Shown: positions 1 through 12,655, counted from the whole stretch's first letter. The stretch: 63,836 bases of DNA, filler included, from Octopus bimaculoides (GCF_001194135.2; 6 parts of 6 records of this genome joined end to end with filler, not necessarily neighbours in it), one strand, 5' to 3'. Translations and numbers: made by a program. Notes: generated by a model from the letters alone, not told the origin.

Positions 1-425
1 TTGGTTAATTTTTGTTTATTTTCAGATCATTAAAATGGAATGTCAAGTTAAGAAAAACGAGCATTTTCGACACCTCCTTCTTTTTGCTTTTAATCAAGGT
101 TCTAAGGCCGCAAAAGCTGCTCGCCACACCCACCGTACTCTCCTGATTTGACACCAATGGATTTCCACTTTCGATCTCTTTCAAATACTATGCGCGGAGT
201 TTCGTTCAATATTGATGCAGAGTTGAGAGCTTGGTTGGATCAATTTTTCGAGTCGAAATCGGATGATTTCTACCAACGAGGTATTGAAAATCTTGTTGAA
301 CGTTGGGAAGAAGTTGTAAACAACAAGGGTGAATACATTATTGATTAATTAGTTGTTATTTTTTATCAAACCTTTTAAAAAATTTAAATTTAAAAAACGG
401 TGGAAACTTAGTTGCCGACCTAATA
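1..425 (+). mobile_element. Internally deleted mariner (Tc1/mariner) transposon, 5' end outside the window
   Basis: ATG at 35 gives MECQVKKNEHFRHLLLFAFNQGSKAAKAAR (mariner N-terminal HTH start). It joins out of frame at ~124 to PHPPYSPDLTPMDFH-FRSL...RWEEVVNNKGEYIID* (YSPDL motif, stop 346-348). A TIR-like end aaaaacggtggaaacttagttgccgacctaa at ~393-423 is followed by TA. Confidence 0.92.
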
Positions 426-984
426 TACACACTCACGCACGCAGGCACGCACACAAACATACACACACGCGCATACACATACAAACATACGCATACATAC
501 GTATATCTATCTATGTGTGTGTGTGTGTATATATGTATGTGTGTGTGTTTGTGTGTATGTATATATGAATATATATATATATATATATCATTAGAAGAAA
601 AACTATTAATATTATTATTGAATGACTTTTCTTAAATACGTTTATTTTTTATTTTTGGTTTTATTTTTATTTTTATTTTTATAAAGCAAATTAGTTATTC
701 AATGACATCGCTAATGATTGAATGAATGAATGTCTTTGAATTTGATTTAAGCGTTTCTTTTTGTTAGCGTTTATTAACTGCTAAAATTTTTTCAGTTGTT
801 CAGATGTAATTTCACCAGTTTGAATTACCTTCATAATGTTGTATTAACATATATTTTCGAGGCTATTATTATTAATTTTAATAATATTATCTATATGTAT
901 GTATATATATGTATATGCCCATGTATCTGTGTTTATAATATATATGTACATGCATACACATATATATTCATTTATTCTTTTATT

Positions 985-1263
985 TGTTTCAGTCTTTGAC
1001 AGCAGCCATGCTGGAGCACTGCTTTTAGACGAAGAAATCGACCCCAGGACTTATTCTTGAAGAAATTTTAGCCGAATGAACCCACCCCATTATTCTTGTT
1101 AAGCCTGGTACTTATTCTATCGCTGTATTTTGCCGAACCGTTAAGTTATGGAGACATAAACACACCAACATCGCTTGTCAAACGATGGTGGGGGACAAAC
1201 ACACACACACGCAGACATACACACACACACGCACACACACACACACACACGCACACACATACA

Positions 1264-1300
<37 letters not shown>

Positions 1301-1660
1301 CAGACAGATTGGGAAGCAAGCTTCTTATCACACACCCACGCTTGCGCCTATATGGCTTTTTACCACGCAACCACGGTTGTCAAGCGATGTTGGGACACGC
1401 ACACACACACGCACACACACAAACACACACACACACACATACACACACACACACATACATATATGATAGGCTTTTTTCAGTTTCCGTCTACCAAATCCAC
1501 TCACAAGGCTTTGGTCGGCCCGAGGCTATAGTAGAAGACACTTGACCAAGGTANNNNNNNNNNAGGCTATAGTAGAAGACACTTGACCAAGGTACCACGC
1601 AGTGGGACTGAACCCGGAACCATGTGGTTGGTTAGTAAGCTACTTACCACACAGCCAATC
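985..1660 (-). mobile_element. tRNA-derived SINE, family A (head + CORE-like body + internal (CA)n + tail)
   Basis: Minus strand reads tggctgtgtggtaagtagc (A box), gggttcagtcccac (B box), then ttggtcaagtgtcttctactatagcctcggg. It matches other copies in the window. A 10-N gap at 1554-1563 has duplicated flanks. Confidence 0.9.
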
Positions 1661-2159
1661 CAGATGTATGGATTGCCCTTAAAATACATGGTATGTGCAT
1701 GCACGAAAGTATGCAGTGAGACATTCATACATACACATGCACACATACACTCACATGCATGCACACGCACACATAAACATACACACACACATATTTACAA
1801 ATATAAAGATGCATATAAAAAAATAATAAAATCTCAGGCTTCCCTTAACTATTAATGTGAAGTGCCATCTCCTAGCTGTATTCCTGTTCTATCCTGAGAG
1901 TAAGCGCATTTCCTCAGTCCGTACTCACCACCCTTACTCATTATATGACAAATTTTCTGGAAGGTAGCACCTCCCTCTCGACCATGACGAGTACCAGAAG
2001 TATTTGAACTGGATGGAACCCGATGTGTCAATCCTTTCAGTCTTGCGCCGATTGACACGCACTGAACTTTTCGAGAGTTCTTCAATGGAGACTTAGGCTT
2101 AGTCTCATTCAAGATTTGACAAAGAAAATCGTTTGTTCCTCATAACAGCTCACTTTCTT

Positions 2160-2181
2160 TTGGCTGCTGCTACTGCTGCTT

Positions 2182-2231
<50 letters not shown>

Positions 2232-2232
2232 T

Positions 2233-2276
<44 letters not shown>

Positions 2277-2354
2277 GCTTCTGCTACTACTACTACTACT
2301 GTTGCTGCTGCTGNNNNNNNNNNGTTGCTGCTGCTGCTGCTACTGCTGCTACTG

Positions 2355-2386
<32 letters not shown>

Positions 2387-2402
2387 GCTGCGGCTGCTGC
2401 GG

Positions 2403-2465
<63 letters not shown>
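2160..2465. repeat. Compound (CTA)n/(CTG)n trinucleotide microsatellite
   Basis: Directly visible; explains the poly-T/A/L/S/V ORFs here. Confidence 0.95.
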
Positions 2466-3682
2466 TCTCTGCTGTGTTTCGCACTAAACACTTTTTTTCC
2501 AATCCTTTCTCCCCAGCACTGACAATTCCCTGGCCATCCCGTCGCCTTCATTTCCCGTCAATCTTTAGACTTTAGAAATAGACATCAATCGTATTGACCC
2601 AACCAGCATAGCTGAATCTGAAAGTGTTCTAGCTACTTCCCTATCTCCTTTGGCTGGCCTGTGAACTTAACATCTGCTATACTGATGTCACCAGTATAGA
2701 AGAACCTGAAAACCTTATACCTTGTGTGATAAAATAATCGAACTCATAACAATAAATATTTCTAACAATGATTCAAGGTTACAGATTTTGCTGGAGAATG
2801 TAATTGATGGAATCGATCCCAGTACTTAATTGGTACTTTATTGTATTGAGCCTGGACAGATGAAAAGAAAAGCGGATCCCAATAATATTTGAATTCTGAC
2901 CATAGAGGGACGCGATTTTACTTTGTTTTCAGCTACAGTTTATCCACTGATGATAAAAACCCAAATCACCGTCACAGTTTATGTATGCCTGTTATAATTC
3001 TAGCCTATCCATAGTGGTTAATTGCTGGTTAGACCGAGTGCCTGGTTGATTAACACCTAGCCAGAATTTGAACATAAAGCCGGAACAATAACCGCAAAGA
3101 ATCTCGCTCAACTCGTTAATAATGCTGCTAATCCACTGCTTTGTGCTGGCATTTAACTTGTCGACTCTGGAAAGATCAACAGCTAAGTTGACCCGACAGA
3201 ATTTAGTCTTAGACTGGAACGAATAACACAAGAAATTCTATCCGACGCTCTAAAGATTCCTTTCATTCACCAATTATTTTTAACTACTTATTATCACCGA
3301 AATAATAGTTTCTAACTGTGGTAAAATTGCACTCATTTTGAGCGATGGTGGTGGTGGTGGTAGCAGTAGTGGAGGATATGATCGATTATATCCGTTCCAG
3401 AGCTGTAACATTATTTTTATCAATCACAGAAGATGATTTAATGGACTTCAATACGAAATTTAATATTACTAATACTATTTTTATTTTACTTTAATAAAGT
3501 GAACTGGAAGCCTCATCATTGTGGAATATGAAATCAGAAGGTGAAGGGACGTAACTGATTGCTACAATGTTGTTAATCCGGCGCTTTACCATATCTGATA
3601 CATGACCAAAATAATGTTTTCTAACAATTTCACAAAACCTCTAATATTAGTGAAAGATGTAGTCGATAATATCATATTTATA

Positions 3683-3885
3683 GGAACAACGCCTGAAATT
3701 TGGTGGTGGAGTGTGGTGGAAAACTAGTCGATTATATCAATCCTGGTGTTTGACTACTACTTATTTAATCGATCCCGAAAGGATGGAAGGCAGAGTCGAA
3801 CTCGGTGGAATTTGAACTGAGAATGTAAAGACGGACGGAATGCTGCGAAGCATTACGGCCGGTGTGCTAATGGTAACGCCAGCTT
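3683..3885 (-). mobile_element. tRNA-derived SINE, family B (diverged)
   Basis: gatcccgaaaggatggaaggcagagtcgaactcggtggaatttgaactgagaatgt matches the reverse complement of the family B copy at 40100. Confidence 0.85.
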
Positions 3886-4150
3886 TAGAGTTTATGTTGT
3901 AGGTCTTACCTATCTAAAGTAAGCAATTTCTGGTTGGATAGAAAAACTGGAAAACTAGGTTTTAGGTATAATAGAAATAACCTTTTACATTGACACAAAG
4001 CCAGAAATTTGGAGGGGAGGAAAAGGCGATTATATCGGTCCTAGGTACTTTATTTTATCGATACCGGAAGGATAAAAAGCAAATTTCTGTTTTCCTACAT
4101 TTGAGAATACAATGTAAAGTAACAGAGCAAATACTGCAAGGAAAAATAAA

Positions 4151-4226
4151 GGGAGTTGAACCATTAGATATCCTCAATCAACTAAATCGTAAAAGTCTGA
4201 TGCTCTATCGACTGAGCTATGCAGGC
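4151..4226 (-). pseudogene. tRNA-Lys(UUU)-derived pseudogene or SINE head, with an 11-nt insertion after position 37
   Basis: Minus strand reads GCCTGCA TA GCTC AGTCGATA GAGC A TCAGA CT TTT A, nearly identical to the 5' half of metazoan tRNA-Lys(TTT). It continues CGATTTAGTTG A TTGA ... GGTTCAACTCCC and then a T-run. The 3' acceptor strand is missing. Confidence 0.8.
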
Positions 4227-6060
4227 TGACACAACCCTCTATTTATTAAAACGTCATTTGAGTTATGAAAGAAAAGTGATTAAGATCATTTTGGTGAAAT
4301 GGTAGACACAGTGAAAGTCGTCATAAAAATACTTTGTTTAATGAAACTGTCTTGACTAAGAATGGGAATCAACAACTAGTGTCGTTGCATAGCCCAGTAT
4401 GAGCAGAAAGGCATTCTAACCCTGTCCATCTCTTTTATTTTCAGGTACAGTGTCTACAATGACATTATCAAATTTGTCATATATTTGTTAAAAAAAAAAA
4501 AGATGATAAAGCGGGTGATTTGGGAGATGGATGATTCGGTTCTGCCTTGATGTTGGATAAAATCATTAAGATAATCTCAAAAGAGAATCGTTTGCTTGGA
4601 AGACGAATAAGTGTTAAGAGATAATTCCTGAAATGGTAAAATAGATTCCAATAATGTGAAGAAAATAGGGAGACAAAACAGATAGTTGGATGGAATACGT
4701 CGATTGTGGCAGTTTATAAACGTGTTATGGTATGAATGTGGTAATGCATGCCTGTAGTATAACATGTGGCTATTTAGCTGATACCCTCCTCGTTTGTTTC
4801 TCAGTGTGACGTATTGATGCTTTTCGAATCTTGATCCCCTTAAACACATTTTATGGTCTATGGCTGGGATTTAAACCAAAAAATTCGGACTGTCCGTATT
4901 TTAAAAGGTGATTAGAAAAAAAAAACGAAAAAACAAAAAGAAATTCGAAAAATTTACCAAAAAATTTAAAAAGAAAATTTTGGAAAAACTGTAAAAAAAA
5001 ATCTTTTCATAGCGGTGTGAATTTCCGTGTGTAGAATACAAATGTACATAAATTTTCTGAAAATTCCAAACAATAAAAAAGTTATGAGCGGTTCTATGGC
5101 GTGCGTAAAGAAGAATTCCGTTCGACGAAGAAATTCTCATACTCGGATGTTTAAAGTTTGATGATGGACGAATTAAAATGAAAAATAATTATTTCTAANN
5201 NNNNNNNNNNNNNNNNNNNNNNNNNNNNNNNNNNNNNNNNNNNNNNNNNNNNNNNNNNNNNNNNNNNNNNNNNNNNNNNNNNNNNNNNNNNNNNNNNNNN
5301 NNNNNNNNNNNNNNNNNNNNNNNNNNNNNNNNNNNNNNNNNNNNNNNNNNNNNNNNNNNNNNNNNNNNNNNNNNNNNNNNNNNNNNNNNNNNNNNNNNNN
5401 NNNNNNNNNNNNNNNNNNNNNNNNNNNNNNNNNNNNNNNNNNNNNNNNNNNNNNNNNNNNNNNNNNNNNNNNNNNNNNNNNNNNNNNNNNNNNNNNNNNN
5501 NNNNNNNNNNNNNNNNNNNNNNNNNNNNNNNNNNNNNNNNNNNNNNNNNNNNNNNNNNNNNNNNNNNNNNNNNNNNNNNNNNNNNNNNNNNNNNNNNNNN
5601 NNNNNNNNNNNNNNNNNNNNNNNNNNNNNNNNNNNNNNNNNNNNNNNNNNNNNNNNNNNNNNNNNNNNNNNNNNNNNNNNNNNNNNNNNNNNNNNNNNNN
5701 NNNNNNNNNNNNNNNNNNNNNNNNNNNNNNNNNNNNNNNNNNNNNNNNNNNNNNNNNNNNNNNNNNNNNNNNNNNNNNNNNNNNNNNNNNNNNNNNNNNN
5801 NNNNNNNNNNNNNNNNNNNNNNNNNNNNNNNNNNNNNNNNNNNNNNNNNNNNNNNNNNNNNNNNNNNNNNNNNNNNNNNNNNNNNNNNNNNNNNNNNNNN
5901 NNNNNNNNNNNNNNNNNNNNNNNNNNNNNNNNNNNNNNNNNNNNNNNNNNNNNNNNNNNNNNNNNNNNNNNNNNNNNNNNNNNNNNNNNNNNNNNNNNNN
6001 NNNNNNNNNNNNNNNNNNNNNNNNNNNNNNATACTTTATTTAATAGCAGCAGAAATATAA

Positions 6061-6110
6061 CAAAAGACTGTTACTCAGAGCTTGACGTTCCCGTTCATCG
6101 GACAGTTTTG
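6061..6110 (-). ncRNA. Degenerate minimal type I hammerhead-ribozyme-like motif
   Basis: Minus strand: caaaACTGT CCGATGA ACG-ggaa-CGT CAAG CTC-t-GAG TA ACAGT cttttg. Helices I, II and III and the GUA triplet are in hammerhead order. The core differs from canonical at U4C, G12C and A15.1G. Confidence 0.55.
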
Positions 6111-6327
6111 TTAGAAACGGGAAAGGAATAACAATGCAATCAAAGCTAATATAAAATTTTAAACACATGGATCCGTTTCACTGGTCGTTTCAAATAACGA
6201 TCTTGGGTGCGCAATGAACAAAACAAATGAATTTAATATAGATTCATCCTATTAAAAAAAAAAGAATCGAAGAAAACCTTAAATAGAAAAATGGGTTCAA
6301 AATACATATTGTAAATAATTAATTGTA

Positions 6328-6608
6328 TTCGAATTAACACATTAAAATCAGATAAAATATACACTGCATTAAAAATAAAAAATAAAATTACAACAGTATG
6401 TGCATACATGCGTATTCGTGCATGTATTTGAGTCTTCCAAATATATACCTATATGCGTATATTGTCTGTACGTATGCATCTGTGTATTTTGATATATATA
6501 TATATATATATGTTGTAGATGGTCTAGTATGCGTATATACTGTTGTAATTTTATTTTTTATTTTTTATGAAGCGTATATTTTATTTGATTTTAATGTGTT
6601 AATTCGAA
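6328..6608. repeat. Long inverted repeat / MITE-like element (~80-bp arms)
   Basis: 6328-6407 (ttcgaattaacacattaaaatcagataaaatatac...caacagtatgtgcatac) is about 90% identical to the reverse complement of 6527-6608. The spacer is ~120 bp. Confidence 0.85.
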
Positions 6609-7378
6609 ACCCTGGTGGAACAAAATCCCATCGTAACTGTTAAGGAACTAGCAGAAGAGCTTGGTTTGGTCATTCAACCATTCATCGATACTTGCGTGCC
6701 ATCGGGAAATCAACAAATAGGGTCAATGGGTTCCTCCCAAACTTTCCAAGTCTAATCGCACGCAGAGAGTGAATGTCTGCTCTTCTTTGTCACGTCTCAC
6801 GAATTAACCTTTTTTAGACCGAATAGTGACTGGTGGCGAGAAATGGGTTCTTTATTAAAATGTCAAGCGTCGAAGACAGTGGGTAGGGAAAGAAGAAACA
6901 CCGGTACCCCAGGCCAAAGAAGGTCTTCACCTACGTAAGGTGTTGTTATTTTTTAGTGGGATATGAAAGCTTTAGTCCACTTTGAACTTTTAAACCCAAG
7001 CTAAATGATAGCAAAGGAGATCTACTACGAGCAGCTTGAGCGTTAGAAGAAAAACGACCAGCTTTGGTCAAGACGAAAAGTATTTTCCAACCGGATAATG
7101 CTCGGCCACATACAACAAGGATGACATTCCAAAGGCTGTTGCAGTTTGAATAGGTAACGATGCTCCACCCACCATATTCGCCGGACATTGCCCCCATCTG
7201 ATTATCATTTATTCCACAGTCTTCAAAATCATTTGAACGGAAAAAATATGAATTCTGTAGACGAGGGCAGAACAGTACTGGAGAAGTATTTTCCGTAAAG
7301 AAGTGAATTTTGGAAGCGGGACCTTGCAAGTCTACCAGACTGATGGAAGAGTATCGTAGAAAAAAATGGAGAGTATAT
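6609..7378 (+). mobile_element. 5'-truncated, frameshifted mariner transposase pseudogene (second family)
   Basis: Motifs in order: QWVPPKL (6727, WVPHEL-like), IVTGGEKW (6823-6846, first D mutated to G), QPDNARPH (7088-7111), HPPYSPDIAP/SDYHLFHSLQNHL (~7165-7235), ...IVEKNGEYI. Contains stops and frameshifts; no TIR seen. Confidence 0.92.
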
Positions 7379-7844
7379 ATACACATACACATGAATACAT
7401 ACACACACATGAATAAATAGAATATTTATGATTTATGTCCACGCTTATTATAAATGAACTAACTGTATACTTACATTATATATTACCCTTTTCGTTATTT
7501 AATTTAAGAGGAGTTATCTAAACATCACAAATAAGAAACATAATCGAAGGATGAAAGACAGAGTTGACCTCGACGAGAATTGAACTGAAATAAATCTGAT
7601 TAAATATTATTTTGTAAAGATATTCTAACCACAACAATATTTTGGAAGATAGATTACAGATTATGTTGAAGATTTTTTGAAATTAGATTGTAAACGCACT
7701 GTACAAATTAAATACATAATATTAAGTAACCTAAATATAAAATAAATTTAATTAATCTAAAATAAATTACAATTACGTACAAGGAGTGAAAAATATCATA
7801 CGTACTCGGATCTAAATTTTGCTGTCTTATTCTTATACTCTTTT

Positions 7845-8030
7845 CTGCTCTAGGCACAAAGCCCGAAATTTTTGGAGCGGGGCCAGTCAATTAGATCGAC
7901 CCCAGTACGCAAGCAACTGGTACTTAATTTACCGACCCCGAAAGGATGAAAGGCAAAGTCGACCTCGGTGAAATTTGAACTCAGAACGTAAAGACAGACG
8001 AAATACCTCTAAGCATTTCGCCGGCGTGAA
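7845..8030 (-). mobile_element. tRNA-derived SINE, family B
   Basis: ctaggcacaaagcccgaaatttttgg...gaccccgaaaggatgaaaggcaaagtcgacctcggtgaaatttgaactcagaacgt. Confidence 0.9.
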
Positions 8031-8649
8031 AACACCAATATGCTCTCTTTGTTTTTTTTTTAGATATTCTATTCCTTGGTGTATTTAGACAGTTAGCACT
8101 TCCCTGTTATACAGCCTTTTACATGCACAAATACAAGAGAAACAAACTGAGGCCAAACTGAATTTAAAAGTAGGTCTGGAATAAAGTTATAGAGTAACTA
8201 CAACCTATTAATTCTGTGGAATAAACAGTAGGATGTGATAATGTTATAACTGTGGATTGCAGATCCACATTTTAACCACGATCATCACCTCTTTTTTAAG
8301 GTATAATATGCTAAGAACTACTGATCTAATATGTATTTTAAAAGCCAGTAGCATGCGATTTGAGGAAGACTTTGCTACTAATTTTAACATACGGACCCTT
8401 AAAACAGTATTGTGCATCCCCAATTTACTATTTTGGTATGTGTCCCCACCCAATCTTATATGAACCCTCAGAGGCCTGTGACATAGACGGTGTAAAGTAG
8501 TTCCAGTTGTTGCAGTTTCGGAATAATTTACCATTATATGGTGTTATTTGATTCGAAACAAACCCTTCAAATGGTGTTACTTGATTGAAAACAAAACCAT
8601 AAAAGTTGATTGTAGCAGGGACCTGATAGGTACTGTTTCATGTCTTATG

Positions 8650-9042
8650 TTGCTCTTGTTTTAGTCAATGGACTGCAGACATGCTGGGGTAGACCATCCC
8701 AGGTACTTATTTTTTGAAGTCTGGTTCTTATTCTATCAGTTTCTTTTGCAGGACCGCTTAGTTACACGGATAAACCAACACCGGTTGTCAAGCGGCGTGA
8801 GAGACACACTTCCACGAAGACCCCCCCCCCACACACACACATACACACTTTCACACAGACACGTAAGATGTTGCTCGGAAAGACGTCGAAGGAATATAAC
8901 GAAAACAGGAATACACAAAGAACGTGAAAATGCTCTTCTCTCATCAGTTATCGACACAATTTCCGTCACCCAAATTCAGTCATAAGGCATTGGTTAGCAT
9001 AAAACTATAGTGGAAGACACTTTCCCAAGGTGCCGCACAGGG
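8650..9042 (-). mobile_element. SINE family A, old diverged copy
   Basis: Collinear similarity to 985-1660 and 39335-39725 (ttagtcaatggactgcagacatgctgg...gaagacactttcccaaggtgccgcacag). Confidence 0.75.
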
Positions 9043-9391
9043 GTTCATACATCTTTCAAAATTGCTAGTGGCAGAAATAAAGGAAAACAGTACTTAATTG
9101 AACTAAAACAAAATCATTGCCGAAACTTAACGTCTCGTCTATATCATCTTAATCTTAATAAGGATTTTTTTTACCGAATTACAAGTTGCGAATTGGTTAG
9201 ACTACTTTTAGTTTCCAATTGAATTAGACATTTATGTACTGGAAAATTTGAAGAGCAAAAGCAAGTATTGAATTTACAGAATAGCGATGACAGTTAACAG
9301 CACTCTGTTGTGTGTATGACTGTCTCTGTCTGTCTATCTGTCTGTCTGCTGTGTGTTGTCTGTCTTTCCCTCTCTTTCTCGCTCTATCTCT

Positions 9392-9431
<40 letters not shown>

Positions 9432-9934
9432 NNNNNNNNNNNNNNNNNNNNNNNNNNNNNNNNNNNNNNNNNNNNNNNNNNNNNNNNNNNNNNNNNNNNN
9501 NNNNNNNNNNNNNNNNNNNNNNNNNNNNNNNNNNNNNNNNNNNNNNNNNNNNNNNNNNNNNNNNNNNNNNNNNNNNNNNNNNNNNNNNNNNNNNNNNNNN
9601 NNNNNNNNNNNNNNNNNNNNNNNNNNNNNNNNNNNNNNNNNNNNNNNNNNNNNNNNNNNNNNNNNNNNNNNNNNNNNNNNNNNNNNNNNNNNNNNNNNNN
9701 NNNNNNNNNNNNNNNNNNNNNNNNNNNNNNNNNNNNNNNNNNNNNNNNNNNNNNNNNNNNNNNNNNNNNNNNNNNNNNNNNNNNNNNNNNNNNNNNNNNN
9801 NNNNNNNNNNNNNNNNNNNNNNNNNNNNNNNNNNNNNNNNNNNNNNNNNNNNNNNNNNNNNNNNNNNNNNNNNNNNNNNNNNNNNNNNNNNNNNNNNNNN
9901 NNNNNNNNNNNNNNNNNNNNNNNNNNNNNNNNNN

Positions 9935-9976
<42 letters not shown>

Positions 9977-11432
9977 CGTACATATGTATACATATCAATA
10001 TAAACATGCATAAATTCAATGATGTCGAGTTTCTTTGAAGTCTTGTGAGTTTGACAAATCAACATCACAACATATGTTCTGCAATTATTTTTGTGTAGTG
10101 TTTACTTGGAATTTTGATGTCTTGATGTGTGAATGTTTGTTCCGTCATTGAGTTTCTGGAAGCTGCTTTATAGAGATGGCTGGTCTTTGAAAATTTTGGC
10201 TACATACTTATATCTAGGCGCTTTGTGAAATATTTACAGTCTTTAGGCCTGTTACGTAATGTCAGAAAAAGAAGAAAGCGTTAATTCTAGTTATATTTAC
10301 TCAAATATATTCTCAGATAAACTGTTAATCTAATCGACAATAGATATGTGATAAGAGAGAGTTATAGAACAATTTCAAAATAGATAGGTTATTGTTAACT
10401 CTTTGCCCACCCTGAGTATCATACGTTTCCTGGCCTCTATGCAATATCTTTTTCAGCCTTTAGAATAACTTGACACTTATCAAAAGAAAGCTTTCTACTA
10501 TTTAGAAAGTATAACGCAAGGGTTAGCTAAAAATAAGATTATGAAAATGTTTTGTTTAACGGATGAGAAATAATAGTGATAAAAAACGCCTCCAAAACAG
10601 ACAAGTAATTACAAACAAATGACAGTCGTAATGCAATATAAAACTAATTCCATATGCAACAATTTCCTAGAAAAATTAAAGATGTATTTAATAATCCAGA
10701 TATAAAGCTGTAATTTGTCATTGATTTTTAAAGAAAGACTTTTTACCAAATTCATTAAATAACTAAATATTTTACAATAAAATTAAGACAATTGGTATAA
10801 TTCACTCACAAATTACTATTCAATGTCTTTTTAGAAAACTAAATTACCTTAAAAAGAATATTTGAATGAATTATATTGACGATATTGTTAAACACAAGAT
10901 ACTATCGAAACCCTGCACGCATTCAAATCAAATTAACAATTGAATATTTCAACTAACTAGTATGCAATTAACAAAAGTAATTACCTGCTAATCAATCAAT
11001 ATAATTATAAGACTTTAAACCATATTAAAATCGAAAGTACATACCTGTAATTTGCAAGATTTTCAATGTAGATGATTAATTGGATCTTCAATATAAGATT
11101 TAAGTTCGACAGAAACTTTTTAAAAAATTCTAGAGTTCTACAGTTCTATAATTCTTAAGATCATTCTATGATCTCCGCTTCACGATGTCGCGTTGGAAGG
11201 TATCAAAATCATTAGGTGTTTGTCTCCTCACACGAAGAACGTCTCTGAATATTTTCAGATGAAAATAGACAGACAGAAAATTGAAAGAGCGCACAAAGAA
11301 AAGAAAAGAAAAAAAACACAACAATAGCAATAACAAGATGCAAAAGCACCAAGGAGTTAAATGAAGCTGTTCATCCCAAGCAATGATGGACAACTAAAAA
11401 CACAGCAAAAATAAACAACAACAACAACAATA

Positions 11433-11505
<73 letters not shown>

Positions 11506-12596
11506 CTCAGTTTCTTTATCGTCTTCTATATATTTCGATCCATTGACGAGCGGCAGAGTTGAAACGGTCAATTACTTTCAATCTTCGCCCTCATTGTCTT
11601 CCTATGTTGTTTTAGAGATTCGAACGATTCCCATTTAAACACCCTCTTCATAACACCCTCTACATCACCACAACCACCACCACCTCCACCACCTCCACAA
11701 TACTACCACCGCCACCACCACCGCCGTCGTCGCCGCCGCCATCAATACTGCAATCAAATACAATAATATTAGCATACTATCATTGTAAAAAACACTCCTA
11801 CCACGACTACTACCCAAAGAAACAAACAAACAAAAAAAAACACGAAAAGTTACATATGCATCATCATTATCATCGACACAAGCATTACTACCACTACCAC
11901 TACTACCCCTACTACTACTACCACCGCCACCGCATCACCGCCAACACCATCATCGTCACGGTCACAAGCATCACCATCACGCCACTACTATGGGCAAGAC
12001 AAAAGCAATATTCTCTCTCTCCCATCATCATCATTCCTGCTACCCCTCCCCACACTATCATCACTATAGCCATGAACATCACCACCAACTTCTTCACTAT
12101 CATCATCACCGTAATACCAATCTCCCCCATCACTACCAACTTATCCATCGTCACCGTCATTGTCACCACCGCCGCCGCCTCTGCCGCCGCCGCCACCTCC
12201 ACCACCATGGACAAGACTAAGACATACCGCTCCCCGCCCCCCGCCACTGTCTCTATCTCTAAATGTTGTTAGTGGAATGATTAGTTAATCTGATTGTGTT
12301 CGATCTGTTCCTGCATAATGACCAGAAATACTTGGGTAGACATGTCTCATAACTCACATGATATCTTGTTCCCGAGAACTTGCTCCTCTACCTTCGCTTT
12401 TCAAACTACGACTGTTCGATTGACAAACATACTTCTTAAAAAGAAGCTGATTATGGGGTTCTAAACCATAGCGGGGCACTTGAGGCAAGTGTGAGAAAAG
12501 AAAAATGGGGAAGTCAGACATGTTGTAGGTTTTTGCATATATGTGCGAGTGTACGTACGTGAGAATGCGCGTGCGTACTAGTTTGTATCTATTTAG

Positions 12597-12655
<59 letters not shown>

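Noticed and set aside
1523-1594. Direct repeat around the 10-N gap in SINE-A
   Set aside because: Identical flanks across a fixed 10-N gap indicate unmerged contig overlap.
2133-2313. Signal peptide plus mucin-like Thr/Ala ORF (MFLITAHFLLAAATAASTTT...)
   Set aside because: TTG start, composed of (CTA/CTG)n, no splice support; equally open on the other strand.
10000-10260. Possible decayed Penelope GIY-YIG C-terminus (...KKLDIIEF) on the minus strand
   Set aside because: No GIY or YIG motif and multiple stops; similarity too vague.
10395-10526. Possible second piggyBac MITE (TTAA-CTCTTTGC ... GCAAGGG-TTAG)
   Set aside because: TIR match of about 6 bp and an imperfect right TSD; insufficient.
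11640-12272. His/Thr/Val-rich ORFs on both strands
   Set aside because: Degenerate (CAC/CAT/CGC)n low-complexity sequence; openness in several frames is compositional.
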